A stretch of DNA of 64,000 nt from IMG/VR virus record IMGVR_UViG_3300042453_004632. One strand, written 5' to 3'. The DNA comes from an uncultured virus (IMG/VR IMGVR_UViG_3300042453_004632) (lineage: Duplodnaviria; Heunggongvirae; Uroviricota; Caudoviricetes). The notes below the pieces were generated by a model. It worked only from the letters and a program-made list of their open reading frames with translations. It was not told the origin of the DNA and ran no database searches. This document shows positions 38,929 to 48,974 of this stretch, in pieces. Both the position numbers and the translations under genes were made by a program. Numbering within the stretch: the first letter of the stretch is position 1; each line of letters starts with the position of its first letter.

Positions 38929-39918
38929 ATGCCCAAGACCAAGACAACGACCGATAATGCCGAGACCGTCAAGCACTCCGTTCCGATGCCGATGTCCGAA
39001 GCGGCTTCCGATCAGTCCGTCCTCAACATGGACGACATCATCAATCAGTTCAGGGGTGGCGTTGCTCCTACCACCAAGAAGTCCTCTGCCAAGGACCGGC
39101 CCGTCATTGATCTTGACGACCAGACCCAGCGGGACTTCGTGGATTTCGCTGTGGCGAAGGTGGTGCTTGACGACGCCAAGGTCAACTATGAAGGCAAGTA
39201 CGATGAAGTCGTGAGTGAAATCTTTGATCGCTGGATTGACACCCTCTGGGAGACCAAGACCCAGCCGGAGAATCCGAGCATCAAGGCTCATGTCAAGGGT
39301 CGCCTTGATGCCACCGGACTCTTCACGATCTCCACGGGCAGCAGCATCAAGATTGACATGCCCGAGGTGCTTCCCGGAGAAGCCATGGAGCACGCGATGA
39401 TCAGGGGTCTCGTCGCTTCGGGAGTTTCGGAGTCTAATGCCCTTCGGCTCGTCAAGCAGGAAATGTCCTTCGTCCCGCAGTGGGAATTGAACCTCACGGA
39501 CATGATGAGGGGCGTTGTGAAGTCGGGCAAACTTACTCCCTCCACCGACGTTCAGAAGAGCGCGGCGGGAATGCTGTTCCTTTCCATCCAGGGCAAGGGT
39601 CCCGATGGAAAGCCTCTCACGCCTGCTGGCAGGCTCAAGATGCTCGAGGGAATCAATGAGGTCGGCTGGCACGCTCTCCAGTCCAATCTCGGCGACAACA
39701 CCACCTACGCTCCGGTTCTCAAGGACGGCGACACCTTCCTTGACCGCGTTTGTGGCTACGCCGACACCCGAGAGGAACTCGGCTTCATCCTCGGAAGGAT
39801 CAAGCCCGTCCGGTCCATGCGTTCGGTTGAGTTCGCCGTCTCCGACAATGCCGAGACCCGCCGTCAGCGGCTCGTCAAGGAGGCGGAGGAAATGATCGGC
39901 AGCAAGGGTAGCAAGTGA
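38929..39918 (+). CDS. Hypothetical protein
   Basis: Long ORF with promoter and RBS; strong C/G-ending codon bias. Confidence 0.8.
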   Translation: MPKTKTTTDNAETVKHSVPMPMSEAASDQSVLNMDDIINQFRGGVAPTTKKSSAKDRPVIDLDDQTQRDFVDFAVAKVVLDDAKVNYEGKYDEVVSEIFDRWIDTLWETKTQPENPSIKAHVKGRLDATGLFTISTGSSIKIDMPEVLPGEAMEHAMIRGLVASGVSESNALRLVKQEMSFVPQWELNLTDMMRGVVKSGKLTPSTDVQKSAAGMLFLSIQGKGPDGKPLTPAGRLKMLEGINEVGWHALQSNLGDNTTYAPVLKDGDTFLDRVCGYADTREELGFILGRIKPVRSMRSVEFAVSDNAETRRQRLVKEAEEMIGSKGSK

Positions 39919-39965
39919 ATTCGTTGTCGCGTTGGCAACGATAGGTTTTAGTCAAGGAGAAAGAT

Positions 39966-40283
39966 ATGAAGACCAAGTTCAGCAAGTCCGAGAAGATTCG
40001 TGAGTACATGAAGGCCAACCCCACCAAGGGTCCCAAGGAGGTCGCCGACGCCCTCAAGTCTAAGGGCATCAAGGTGACCCCCGGCCTCGTCAGCGTGGTC
40101 AAGTCCAAGATTGTCAACAAGCCCAGTGCCAAGGCAGCCGTCAAGGCCCCCAAGGCGGAGTCTCAGAACGGTCATGTCCGGCAGGACATCGTGGAGGCCA
40201 TCATGCACGCGAAGGGCCTCGTCGGCTTCGCCGGAAGCCTGGACAAGGCCAAGAACTTTCTGGACCTCGTCAGCCGCATCTGA
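39966..40283 (+). CDS. Small basic DNA-binding/nucleoid-like protein
   Basis: SKSEKIREY...PKEV..AL...G..V....VS.VK; AAGGAG RBS; strong codon bias. Confidence 0.75.
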   Translation: MKTKFSKSEKIREYMKANPTKGPKEVADALKSKGIKVTPGLVSVVKSKIVNKPSAKAAVKAPKAESQNGHVRQDIVEAIMHAKGLVGFAGSLDKAKNFLDLVSRI

Positions 40284-40310
40284 GAAGGAAGCGGAAAAAG
40301 ACAAAAGATC

Positions 40311-40344
40311 AAAGCCCCCGGTCAAACGGGGGCTTTTTTCTTTT
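40311..40344 (+). terminator. Rho-independent terminator
   Basis: AAAGCCCCCG-GTCAAA-CGGGGGCTTTTTT. Confidence 0.9.
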
Positions 40345-40397
40345 GTTCATTCGAATTTCCTTCGGTCTGGATTCCATTAGGGACAAGGAGTCGCGAA

Positions 40398-41324
40398 ATG
40401 AGACCCGGCGTGTGCTGTATTGTCCTCGGCTTGGAGGAATTGGAGAATCCCCTCAAATTCCAAACAATGACCTTTGCATCCTTCTCCAAGATGGAAAGAC
40501 CGAAGGCATTGGATATATTGGGCTCCAGGGTCTTAAACAACGCCAATACCACCCTTGCCGCCATCCGTTTCTGTGCGGACAGGAACTACTGCTACAGACT
40601 TTCCAGCGATTTGTTTCCACTTCTCACCTACGACAAGGCGGGAGTCAGATTGGAAGACCTGCCGCAGGCCGGGCTCATCCATCAAAAGATGGAAGATATA
40701 CGAGCCTTCGTCAATGAAAAGAAGGTGCGGATAAGCACACACCCCGACCAGTTCAACACCCTCGCCTCTGAAAACAATAACTCGTTGGAGAAGACGGTCA
40801 GGGAATTGAATTTTCAATCTTGGTTCATGGACCAGATCGGATGTCCCGGCGACTACCGTTCTCCGATCAACCTTCACATAAACAACAACAAGGGAGACAG
40901 AAGGGAGATCGTGGACCGCCTCTCCAAAGGTCTGGATATGCTGGACGAGAACTGCCGCAACAGGATAGTTTTTGAAAACGACGATAAGAAGGCCTGTTGG
41001 TCCGTATCCATGCTCATGGAGCATGTCCATAAAAGGATCGGGATTCCGATCACGTTTGACTATCTCCACCACGAATGCCATCCCGACGGTCTCGCCGAGG
41101 AAGAGGCCATCAAGGCGTGTTATTCCTCATGGGGATCATACACGCCCCTTTTTCACTATGCCGAGAGCCGGGACGAAAAAAATCCGAGGGCCCACGCCGA
41201 TTATCCGGATTCGCAACCCAGAACCTACGGCCTTGAATTTGACCTTGATTTTGAATTCAAAATGAAGGACAAGGCGATAGAACTCTTCGAAGAATCTAAT
41301 CGCCGGATTCCTCAACCTGCATAA
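40398..41324 (+). CDS. uvsE: UV DNA damage endonuclease
   Basis: YRLSSDLFP, RISTHPDQF, INLH, ENDDK, TFDYLHH, AHADY, EFKMKD. Confidence 0.92.
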   Translation: MRPGVCCIVLGLEELENPLKFQTMTFASFSKMERPKALDILGSRVLNNANTTLAAIRFCADRNYCYRLSSDLFPLLTYDKAGVRLEDLPQAGLIHQKMEDIRAFVNEKKVRISTHPDQFNTLASENNNSLEKTVRELNFQSWFMDQIGCPGDYRSPINLHINNNKGDRREIVDRLSKGLDMLDENCRNRIVFENDDKKACWSVSMLMEHVHKRIGIPITFDYLHHECHPDGLAEEEAIKACYSSWGSYTPLFHYAESRDEKNPRAHADYPDSQPRTYGLEFDLDFEFKMKDKAIELFEESNRRIPQPA

Positions 41325-41334
41325 GGAGACCACG

Positions 41335-42462
41335 ATGAAGTATCCCGATCTCTACACCCGCGACTCGCTCGGCAACATCCGCGTCTGGTACATGGAACAG
41401 GACGGCGACAGGTATCGCACCGTTTCTGGTCTCTTGAACGGGGAAAGGGTGACTTCCGAATGGACCCTCGCCAAGCCCAAGAACAAGGGCAAGAAGAACG
41501 AGACCACAGGCGACACTCAGGCGTCGTCCGAAATAGAGTCCAAATACAAGAAACAGAGGAAGACCGGGTACTTCGACGACATCAAGGATGTTGACAAGGC
41601 CCTCTACGTGGAGCCGATGCTTGCCAAGCTCTACAGGGACTACCACGACGAGATCAGCCTGGAAAAGGGAGAGTGGCTCCTCCAGACCAAGTACAACGGC
41701 ATGCGTTGTGTGGCGACAAAGGACGGCCTCTTCACCAGAAAGGGGGAGAAGTACGTAAGTTGTCCCCACATTGAGGAGGCCTTGAAGCCCTTTTTCGCCC
41801 TCCATCCCGAGGCCGTGCTGGACGGGGAACTTTTCAACGAGAAGTACCGTCAAAAACTCAACGAGATCAGCAAACTCGTTCGAAAGACTGTGAACATCAC
41901 GAAAGAAGATCTGGACCGCAGCCGCGAACTCGTCCATTATTACATCTACGACGGGTACGGCTTCGGATTGGATAAGGAGCATCCTTACCACGAGCGAAAG
42001 CAGTGGATTGATTGCAACGTGATCGGAAAGTACACACACGCGGCCAAGGTGGAGGACTTCCAAATCAAGTCCAAGGAGGATTTGGAGAAACAGTATCAGT
42101 CGCTCGTGGACGAGGGTCACGAGGGAGCGATACTGCGAAACAGGAGAATGAAGTACGAGCATAAGAGGAGCAAGAATCTGCTCAAGGTCAAGCCCGAGAT
42201 GGATTCCGAGGCGAAGATCGTCAAGGTGATTGAAGGTTCGGGCAACTGGGGAGGAACCGCCAAGACCGCAACGCTTGACTGGGGCGGTAAGGTTTTTGAT
42301 GCGACCTTCAAAGGAACCCAGGAACAGTTGCGGGAAGTTCTCAAGAACCAGAGCAAGTGGGTCGGCAAGACGGTGACATTCCTCTATAATGACACTACGG
42401 GCCTTGGAACTCCGAACTTCGCCAGGATAGACGTGGACAATTGCTTCAAGGAAGACCGATGA
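41335..42462 (+). CDS. ATP-dependent DNA ligase
   Basis: PMLAK, QTKYNGMRC, LDGEL, EGAILR, KRSKNLLKVK, C-terminal OB domain. Confidence 0.92.
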   Translation: MKYPDLYTRDSLGNIRVWYMEQDGDRYRTVSGLLNGERVTSEWTLAKPKNKGKKNETTGDTQASSEIESKYKKQRKTGYFDDIKDVDKALYVEPMLAKLYRDYHDEISLEKGEWLLQTKYNGMRCVATKDGLFTRKGEKYVSCPHIEEALKPFFALHPEAVLDGELFNEKYRQKLNEISKLVRKTVNITKEDLDRSRELVHYYIYDGYGFGLDKEHPYHERKQWIDCNVIGKYTHAAKVEDFQIKSKEDLEKQYQSLVDEGHEGAILRNRRMKYEHKRSKNLLKVKPEMDSEAKIVKVIEGSGNWGGTAKTATLDWGGKVFDATFKGTQEQLREVLKNQSKWVGKTVTFLYNDTTGLGTPNFARIDVDNCFKEDR

Positions 42463-43268
42463 ACCTGGCCGTCGTCCTCAATACCCATGAGAATTCCCCG
42501 GTGTTCAAGGACACGCTGGAGAGCGTCCGCCATCATTGGACGGACAATGTTCTTGTCGTTGTGGACGGCAAGAACTGGGATCAGTTCAGGGACGAAGAAA
42601 TTCCCGCCGTTAAACTCGAGGGATTCGTCCACGGAAAGGAATCAGCCCCCTACAGAAATGTGTGCCTTGGTCTCATGAAGGCTTGGGATTTTTGGGGAGA
42701 AGAGGCCGAATGGTATTCATACATGGAGTATGACTGCCTAGTCGGTTCTGCCGAGACAAAAAATCATCTGAAGATGGCCGGAGATATGGGTTATTGGATT
42801 TTGGGAAACGATCACAGGCAAGAAAACAGAAAGATGCCCTTCTTGGAAAGGCTGGAAGGATGCGAATTGAACATTCATTATCTTCTGGGGTGCTGCCTCT
42901 TTTTTAGTCGCGATTTCATGAGGACTCTGGCCGAGAGAGATTTTTTTGAAAGGTTTCTCAAATTCACCAACTTCAACGACAACGTCTCTTTGGTGGATGA
43001 AAAGGCGAGAAATCATGCGGTCTATGACCTGAGCGAGTTTCTTTATCCTACGCTGGCGGTTAGTTACGGCGGCAAAATAGGAGAATTGGCCTGTTGGATC
43101 TGGGATGGTTGGAGAGGAAAATACGATCATTATCCGATGAGATTCAGGCCGGATCTTGTGGAGAGCCCTTTTGAACAAGCCTGTGTGATGCACCCCATGA
43201 AAGAATTTGAAAACCCCGTCAGAACTCACCACAGGCATAAACGTTCCGGACTCTTGACAGGCAAGTGA
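42459..43268 (+). CDS. Putative glycosyltransferase-like protein
   Basis: VVDG, YMEYD, E...PTLA, HPMK. Confidence 0.5.
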   Translation: MNLAVVLNTHENSPVFKDTLESVRHHWTDNVLVVVDGKNWDQFRDEEIPAVKLEGFVHGKESAPYRNVCLGLMKAWDFWGEEAEWYSYMEYDCLVGSAETKNHLKMAGDMGYWILGNDHRQENRKMPFLERLEGCELNIHYLLGCCLFFSRDFMRTLAERDFFERFLKFTNFNDNVSLVDEKARNHAVYDLSEFLYPTLAVSYGGKIGELACWIWDGWRGKYDHYPMRFRPDLVESPFEQACVMHPMKEFENPVRTHHRHKRSGLLTGK

Positions 43269-43312
43269 TTTTTCCACTAGGATTCCTGATTCCAGACAGA
43301 AAGGATTTAATC

Positions 43313-43684
43313 ATGCGAGTCGTTTTGGCTTTTTTGCTCTTGGTGGCCGTCGGCATTTCCTTCTTTTTCTTTTCGCGCATCGCGACCGAATCTCAAGTTA
43401 CGACCGAGCCGCGAACCACGACTGAACAAAAACCACAATCCGAGCCCGAGTCCATAGAACTGGTAGTGAAAAATTCATACGAGGAAGGCATTGCGACGGG
43501 CTACAGGGCCGTTTTGAACCAAATGGGAGAACCCACTCCGAAAATAATCAGATACGCCTCCGAACATTACGAAGAGAACAAGGAGGATTTTGACCAGGGC
43601 TATGTGGAAGGCTACCATAAAGCCGCAGACATGTGGTCAAAAAGAATCATATCTGAGGGTGATCGCTGTCCCTGTCCATATTGA
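43313..43684 (+). CDS. Membrane-anchored hypothetical protein
   Basis: N-terminal TM segment; YEEG..TGY and QGYVEGY. Confidence 0.6.
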   Translation: MRVVLAFLLLVAVGISFFFFSRIATESQVTTEPRTTTEQKPQSEPESIELVVKNSYEEGIATGYRAVLNQMGEPTPKIIRYASEHYEENKEDFDQGYVEGYHKAADMWSKRIISEGDRCPCPY

Positions 43685-44030
43685 TTTTCTCCCTCCAAAC
43701 CCTTGCGTCCTCCACGACATCGGGATTGTGCTTTGACCAATTCCTCAGATGGCCGAAGAACAGATGGCAGTTGAATGTTTCGCCCTCGCAAAGACTTATC
43801 AGATTAGAGGGTTCCATCTCTTTGGACGGATCAACGTGGTATGGAATTATGTGATGGGGGACCACCTTTTTTGAATTTCCGCAAACGGCGCAGGTCGGAT
43901 TGTTCCTGATGTGTTCGCCCCTCAAAATCTTCCACTTTGAAGATCTCGGCGACCCGAGCGATTCAAGCCGTGAAATGATCCTAAAAAAAGAACGGGACCA
44001 CGCCTCAACGCAAGGCGAAGTCCCATTCAC
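43647..44030 (-). CDS. Small HNH endonuclease (start uncertain)
   Basis: RSSKW...CAVCG..VPHHIIP...NLISLC...CHL.FGH. Confidence 0.8.
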   Translation of the reverse strand: MNGTSPCVEAWSRSFFRIISRLESLGSPRSSKWKILRGEHIRNNPTCAVCGNSKKVVPHHIIPYHVDPSKEMEPSNLISLCEGETFNCHLFFGHLRNWSKHNPDVVEDARVWREKINMDRDSDHPQI

Positions 44031-44043
44031 GTCATGGATTTTC

Positions 44044-44244
44044 TTACTTGACCACAACAACCTTAACATTGTCGTTGCCTATGGTAAGTATTTTGAATTT
44101 CTTGAACTCGCCGCCTGAAACGAACATGGCGAGTGTGCTGTTGGTGGGCCAGGGTTTTTTTGGATTGATCCTTGACACGTAATACACCTTTTGCTTGGTG
44201 TCTGTTGTCTCGTCATCAATCTGTAGATTTGATGTGCCTTCCAC
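44044..44244 (-). CDS. Hypothetical protein
   Basis: AGGAGG RBS, GTG start. Confidence 0.6.
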   Translation of the reverse strand: MEGTSNLQIDDETTDTKQKVYYVSRINPKKPWPTNSTLAMFVSGGEFKKFKILTIGNDNVKVVVVK

Positions 44245-44366
44245 TTTTTACCTCCTTGTAAAAGTGACATCTATATCTACACCCCTGTTTTTGCAAAAGC
44301 CCTGCAAATGGAAGAGTTATGTTGCGTTTTGGAAAATTTCATGTACAATAACTTTGAAAGAAAAAT

Positions 44367-44465
44367 ATGAAAAGAAGAATTTTGATCCTAGCCTTGGCGG
44401 GTTCCTTTTTCGGAGGCTCGGCCTTGGCGGCAAGGACATACAAGTCAAGGCGGGTGGCCGCATGA
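44367..44465 (+). CDS. 32-aa signal-peptide-like ORF, possibly a truncated gene
   Basis: MKRRILILALAGSFFGGSALAARTYKSRRVAA; ATGA overlap with the next gene. Confidence 0.45.
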   Translation: MKRRILILALAGSFFGGSALAARTYKSRRVAA

Positions 44466-44800
44466 AATTAGCCGACCTCACGCTGCCGATTTCCTACGAC
44501 GACGCGAGGCAGTACGCGTTAGTATTCACGCCGGCACTGGCCGCAAGGCTGGCGGAACTGCACGCGATTCACGGCAGTCCCGTCTGTGTTCCTGTGCCGC
44601 GCATGCTGACTGATGGGCGGCTGATGCTCTGCGCCGATCTGCTCACCGAGGTGCAGCCCGGCGGCTTGCTCGCGGAGATGTGGGCGGCGGCCGATAAGGC
44701 CGTTTTGTTGACGAGCGTCGAGGTGATGCCGTGGGCCGAGGCGCTCGCGATGCTGCCGCCAGAACCGGATCCCACCGCCCTCGTCACCGGCGGTGATTGA
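44462..44800 (+). CDS. GC-rich hypothetical protein
   Basis: MKLADLTLPIS...; visibly higher GC than flanks. Confidence 0.7.
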   Translation: MKLADLTLPISYDDARQYALVFTPALAARLAELHAIHGSPVCVPVPRMLTDGRLMLCADLLTEVQPGGLLAEMWAAADKAVLLTSVEVMPWAEALAMLPPEPDPTALVTGGD

Positions 44801-44813
44801 AAAATAGATTATC

Positions 44814-45182
44814 ATGGAAGATTTTACTCTCATCACGCTCCGCGACGATTTGGAATACAAATCAAATCGTCTGTATTGGTTTGAGTCCGAAGATCAGATC
44901 ATTCTTTCTCCCGAGAAGATGTATCTCATGTCCCTGAACACCAGGGAAAAGCTTCCCGAACGCATGCACGAGGCCATGCTCTTGTGGTCTTTTGACCCAA
45001 GTGCGTCCGTCTATTGCCAACTCTACTTTGATTGGATATCGCACTGCGAGAAGATGCAGCTGTACAGGGAGAAGATGGATAAGAGATTCCGATTTCAAGA
45101 AAGATTCATTTTCGCATCAATGATCGTTTCTTATATAGCCTTGGCTTTAACCTTGGTCCTCCAGAGGTTTTCCAATGGTTGA
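44814..45182 (+). CDS. Hypothetical protein, LPxxLHxxM family, C-terminal TM
   Basis: KLPERMHEAMLL. Confidence 0.65.
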   Translation: MEDFTLITLRDDLEYKSNRLYWFESEDQIILSPEKMYLMSLNTREKLPERMHEAMLLWSFDPSASVYCQLYFDWISHCEKMQLYREKMDKRFRFQERFIFASMIVSYIALALTLVLQRFSNG

Positions 45183-45396
45183 CCTTGTGTTGAGTTTTTT
45201 GGCTTGCGCATGCCTCGCGGTTCCAATTACATTCGCGTTGGGCATATTTTATTTCTCTGTGGCGATAGGCGTCATAGACACATTTCGCCTGAATTACGGC
45301 GTCAAGCCAGTCGGATTTGCCATACTCAACTGGGCCTTTGGAATTACATTTCTTTCGTACTTCATCGTGTTCGTCGCCCTCTTCAGGAGATGTTGA
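45175..45396 (+). CDS. Small two-TM membrane protein
   Basis: Two hydrophobic segments; overlapping gene junctions. Confidence 0.55.
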   Translation: MVDLVLSFLACACLAVPITFALGIFYFSVAIGVIDTFRLNYGVKPVGFAILNWAFGITFLSYFIVFVALFRRC

Positions 45397-45674
45397 TGGA
45401 CCTTTTCAAGGTTCTCAAGGTTCTGCCGACCGACTACAAGGACTACGGTGGAGACGTGGAAAGGTGGGCCGACGAAGAATTGGCCTATCCCGACTGCTCC
45501 TGCGGGTGCAAGTTCTTCATCAAACTCTCGGAACCCTATTCACTTGACTGGGGCGTGTGTGTCAAGTCTGGAGCCCCTAGAGCCGGATTGCTCACTTGGG
45601 AACACCAAGCGGGTTTCGGTTGCTTTGAACAGGACGAGAAAGATGATCAGTCCACCAAATCGCAGGCTTTCTAA
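45396..45674 (+). CDS. Cys-rich hypothetical protein (DUF3027-like)
   Basis: DCSCGCKFF..L....DWGVC....PRAGLLTWEH..C. Confidence 0.6.
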   Translation: MDLFKVLKVLPTDYKDYGGDVERWADEELAYPDCSCGCKFFIKLSEPYSLDWGVCVKSGAPRAGLLTWEHQAGFGCFEQDEKDDQSTKSQAF

Positions 45675-46199
45675 ATGAACGGCGTAAAACTCAAACAGGC
45701 GATCGTGGTACGCACCAAATATCCCGACGACAACGGGGGCGTGAGGAAACTCCGTCGCGGCAAGGAGATAGCCCAAGCCTGCCACGCCAGCATCGCCTTC
45801 CTCACCAGAAAATTACAGAAATTCATGGGGTACGACTTTGAGGACGAGGACAATTACATAAGGAGTCAGGCGGAGGAGTGGATATCAGAAAATTCCTCTT
45901 CCGGATTAAAGGGGGCTTTTGAAGAGGGCTACCGCCGAGCAAAGAAGGACTTTGGCATTTCTCCTGTGGAACTTGGATGGATCAATGGTATATTCACCAA
46001 GATATGTCTGAAGGTTGAAACTGAGGAGCAACTTCTTGAAATCCAAAAGAGGGCCCTTGAGAATGGGCTCGCCTGTCACCTCATCACTGACAGAGGGCTG
46101 ACCGAGTTCAAGGGGGTTCCTACGAACACCTGTCTTGCAATAGGACCCGACAGGAGCGATAAGATAGACGAGATCACCAAAGATTTGGAGTTGTACTAA
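45675..46199 (+). CDS. pth2: Peptidyl-tRNA hydrolase type 2
   Basis: KQAIVVR, GKEIAQACHAS, KICLKV, ITDRGLTEF, TCLAIGP, IDEITKDL.L. Confidence 0.92.
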   Translation: MNGVKLKQAIVVRTKYPDDNGGVRKLRRGKEIAQACHASIAFLTRKLQKFMGYDFEDEDNYIRSQAEEWISENSSSGLKGAFEEGYRRAKKDFGISPVELGWINGIFTKICLKVETEEQLLEIQKRALENGLACHLITDRGLTEFKGVPTNTCLAIGPDRSDKIDEITKDLELY

Positions 46200-46200
46200 A

Positions 46201-46572
46201 ATGGTTACCATCAAGAAATTCATCAATGCAATAAGTTTCAAGATTGACGAGGGGTGCGAGTACCTCTGGGAGTGCTACGGCCCTGATTGTCGTCAATTGG
46301 GATGGATCAAACCGGATCGCTCTGCCACGGCCGGAATTGTCTACGACATCAAGTCGCATGTAGTGTATGAAATGAGCGTGTGGGACGATAAGAACAACGA
46401 GGTGTGGCGGTGGATCAAGCCCGGATTCAGGAAGGCCCATGACAGTGAGTCTTGGTCAAGGGGCTTTGACCCCAAGGTGGCAATAGACAAGACCAAGTTC
46501 CAAGATTTGAGTCCGAGGCCGATCCTTGACAGACTCAAGAAGGTGCACAGGAGGAGAAATGGAAGAACGTAA
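46201..46572 (+). CDS. Conserved phage hypothetical protein
   Basis: I.EG.EY.W.CYGP; YRWI-like WRWIKP. Confidence 0.65.
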   Translation: MVTIKKFINAISFKIDEGCEYLWECYGPDCRQLGWIKPDRSATAGIVYDIKSHVVYEMSVWDDKNNEVWRWIKPGFRKAHDSESWSRGFDPKVAIDKTKFQDLSPRPILDRLKKVHRRRNGRT

Positions 46573-46718
46573 ACTCAACGCTTTTGGCGAGTGGTACAAG
46601 CTTGTCCATACTTGCACCTGCGGCAGCGAAAAGCTCTACAAGAGATGGGTGTTGGACGAGAACGACAGGCGTCTCTTCACCGTTTGCGAGGTTTGCGAAG
46701 AGAGGAAAATAAAGGCTC

Positions 46719-47438
46719 ATGAAAATTCTCTGCGAAATAACGGGCGGGAGCCGCCTGTACGGCCTTGAGACCCCAGAGTCCGACACCGACACGAGGGGCG
46801 TGTTCATCAACACCGACCCCGGCAAGATTCTTGGCCTTAACAGGGGCGACATAATAAAGAAAGATTGCGAAGACTTCTTGATGTTTGAACTATGTCATTT
46901 TCTTCGGCATCTTTATAGGACAAACACCCAAGCAATAGAGTTGTTATACGCAGAAGGATTCTCACTCACCACGCCAGAGTTTGAGAAAATCAGACGTAAC
47001 AGAAGTCGCTTGATGAACAGCACCAAATTATTCGCCAGCCTGAACGGATACATCCAGAATGAGCGTCGGCTTGCCAATGGCGATAGAACGGGAAGCCTTG
47101 GAGGCAAACGAAGAAACCAAGTGGAAAAATACGGATTCAGTCCCAAGAACTTTTCTCACCTCCTGAGACTTGCCTATTGCGGATCTGTATTTTTTCAAAC
47201 ATCTATCTACCCTGTTCACCTTCCTTCCCATGACATTGAATTCAGAAATCTTGTTTTCTCCGTCAAAACAGAGCCGGAAAAGCACACGAAGGAAGATTTG
47301 AATGAAATCTCGGACCGGGCCGTGGAACAACTCCAAGCGGCATTTCATTCTCGAAAGGAAGATTTTCGTTTTGATATGGACTTTGCCAATGATTTGTGTT
47401 TAGAATTTTACCTTCCCTTCCTTGAGGCTTCCTCATGA
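46719..47438 (+). CDS. Pol-beta-family nucleotidyltransferase (YcgL-like)
   Basis: GSRLYGL.TPESDTD.RGVF; SHLLRL. Confidence 0.85.
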   Translation: MKILCEITGGSRLYGLETPESDTDTRGVFINTDPGKILGLNRGDIIKKDCEDFLMFELCHFLRHLYRTNTQAIELLYAEGFSLTTPEFEKIRRNRSRLMNSTKLFASLNGYIQNERRLANGDRTGSLGGKRRNQVEKYGFSPKNFSHLLRLAYCGSVFFQTSIYPVHLPSHDIEFRNLVFSVKTEPEKHTKEDLNEISDRAVEQLQAAFHSRKEDFRFDMDFANDLCLEFYLPFLEASS

Positions 47439-47644
47439 AATCACACCCGGCTTGGTACAGGATGGCGGTTCTGACTTATTATCGCTGCGAGTGGACAGAC
47501 GTGTCCCGCGACGACAATTACGGACTCAGACTCACGCCGGAATTGAAAAGACTTATAGGCCGCTGTTATGAGCAAAGAACTCCTGTTCCTAATGCGGCCA
47601 AGGAAGTGGGTATATTTCTTGAGATGACCGAGGAAAGAACATGA
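47435..47644 (+). CDS. Hypothetical protein
   Basis: ATGA-coupled ORF. Confidence 0.6.
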   Translation: MKSHPAWYRMAVLTYYRCEWTDVSRDDNYGLRLTPELKRLIGRCYEQRTPVPNAAKEVGIFLEMTEERT

Positions 47645-48156
47645 TGACTCTCAGACAATTGGAAGATGCAATTAAACGCAAGGAGAATCTGATTGAACTT
47701 CTTCAGGTTGAGATATGCGAATTAACCGCCAAATTGAAAAAGTCCAAGGATTCGGACGACGAACACCACTTCAGATTTCCAGCCCCGGGCGATTTCTGGC
47801 ACGATTGTTACTCCCCCGTTCTGATTGTCCTTGAGTCTACGGACGATGGAGTGGTGATCTGCGACGAAACCATGCCCGTTTTTGAAGAGCCCGATCAAGA
47901 AATGGTGCTCAAAAGTTATCAAAATTTTGACGATCCCGAGGTCAAAAAGTACTTTTCCAAAACGAGAAAAGAAACCGGATACACATTTGATCTTGATCGT
48001 GCAAGATGCGTATCAAAAAAGGAATTTGATAGGATGATCAAATGCTATGAAAATCCTGAACTCCAAGACAAAACCACCTATCGGTGCATTCCCGGAAAAG
48101 CCAAGGAATTTGTTGAGATTTGGACAAAAATTGGAAAATACAACTCAAGAGTTTGA
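47641..48156 (+). CDS. Hypothetical protein
   Basis: ATGA-coupled ORF with GAGG RBS. Confidence 0.65.
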   Translation: MMTLRQLEDAIKRKENLIELLQVEICELTAKLKKSKDSDDEHHFRFPAPGDFWHDCYSPVLIVLESTDDGVVICDETMPVFEEPDQEMVLKSYQNFDDPEVKKYFSKTRKETGYTFDLDRARCVSKKEFDRMIKCYENPELQDKTTYRCIPGKAKEFVEIWTKIGKYNSRV

Positions 48157-48199
48157 GATATTTTTAGATTCTGCTATAATCTTTTAGCGGAGACAAATC

Positions 48200-48391
48200 A
48201 TGGAAGACGTTTTTGAGAAATATCCCTACATTGAAATAGTGGCCGATCCCATGGCCCCGCAGTATAGAATCAGATACACGGAGTGCGTGAAGGAGCAAGG
48301 CGTCATAAGATTCAATAGACATGAGCGCCTGGTTCCAAAAAAGGACATGGAACATTTGATATTGGATATTTTAGGGAAAAACAATGAATGA
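48200..48391 (+). CDS. Hypothetical protein
   Basis: Promoter TTGAGA-16-TATAAT and GGAG RBS. Confidence 0.6.
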   Translation: MEDVFEKYPYIEIVADPMAPQYRIRYTECVKEQGVIRFNRHERLVPKKDMEHLILDILGKNNE

Positions 48392-48468
48392 TGAAGTTAC
48401 CATTTTTGACTTGATTTTTATCGGAGGAACTTTATGCTCTATGTGGCTGACCCGACAAGGATTCAGGA

Positions 48469-48693
48469 ATGAAAAAAGAAAGACGATCCAAAAAATCAGA
48501 AGTCGTGGCCGTGCAAGACGCGCAGGAAAAGCCTCCAATGATTCAGTCCGTCATTATAAAATTCAAAGACGGAACAACCGCAAATTTCACTGGACCTGCG
48601 ATAGTCTTTGAAAATAATGAAAAGGTGATTTCAGATGTTAAATTCACGACTCCAAGGCCACTTCCCCCAGAATTTTCATGGGGAAAAATCTGA
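48469..48693 (+). CDS. Hypothetical protein
   Basis: AGGA RBS; plausible composition. Confidence 0.5.
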   Translation: MKKERRSKKSEVVAVQDAQEKPPMIQSVIIKFKDGTTANFTGPAIVFENNEKVISDVKFTTPRPLPPEFSWGKI

Positions 48694-48974
48694 GGAGAAA
48701 AGGAAAACAGGCATGGATTTCTGGAAGATGGTCCTCTTCGTCTCTTGGATGGGAGGCGTGGTTGTGGCCGAAGGCGGTTATAAAATATTCGCCATTCTAA
48801 TTCCATTCTACGCTTGGTATTTGTTTATGGAAAGAATCATGAAGGCTTCAGGAATAATATGAGTCACACTATATTTGAGGTCATTTCGGCTTGGTCATTG
48901 GCCATGTCAATTGAAATAGGGATAGTGGTTTTTTTCGTCTGGGTGGCAAGAGACAAGCCACAGAGCCCGTCTTC

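Noticed and set aside
26908..42162. Long antisense ORFs (26908..27723, 29258..30331, 37903..38508, 38896..39672, 41296..42162)
   Set aside because: They lie opposite well-supported genes whose C/G-ending codon bias suppresses antisense stops; no motifs
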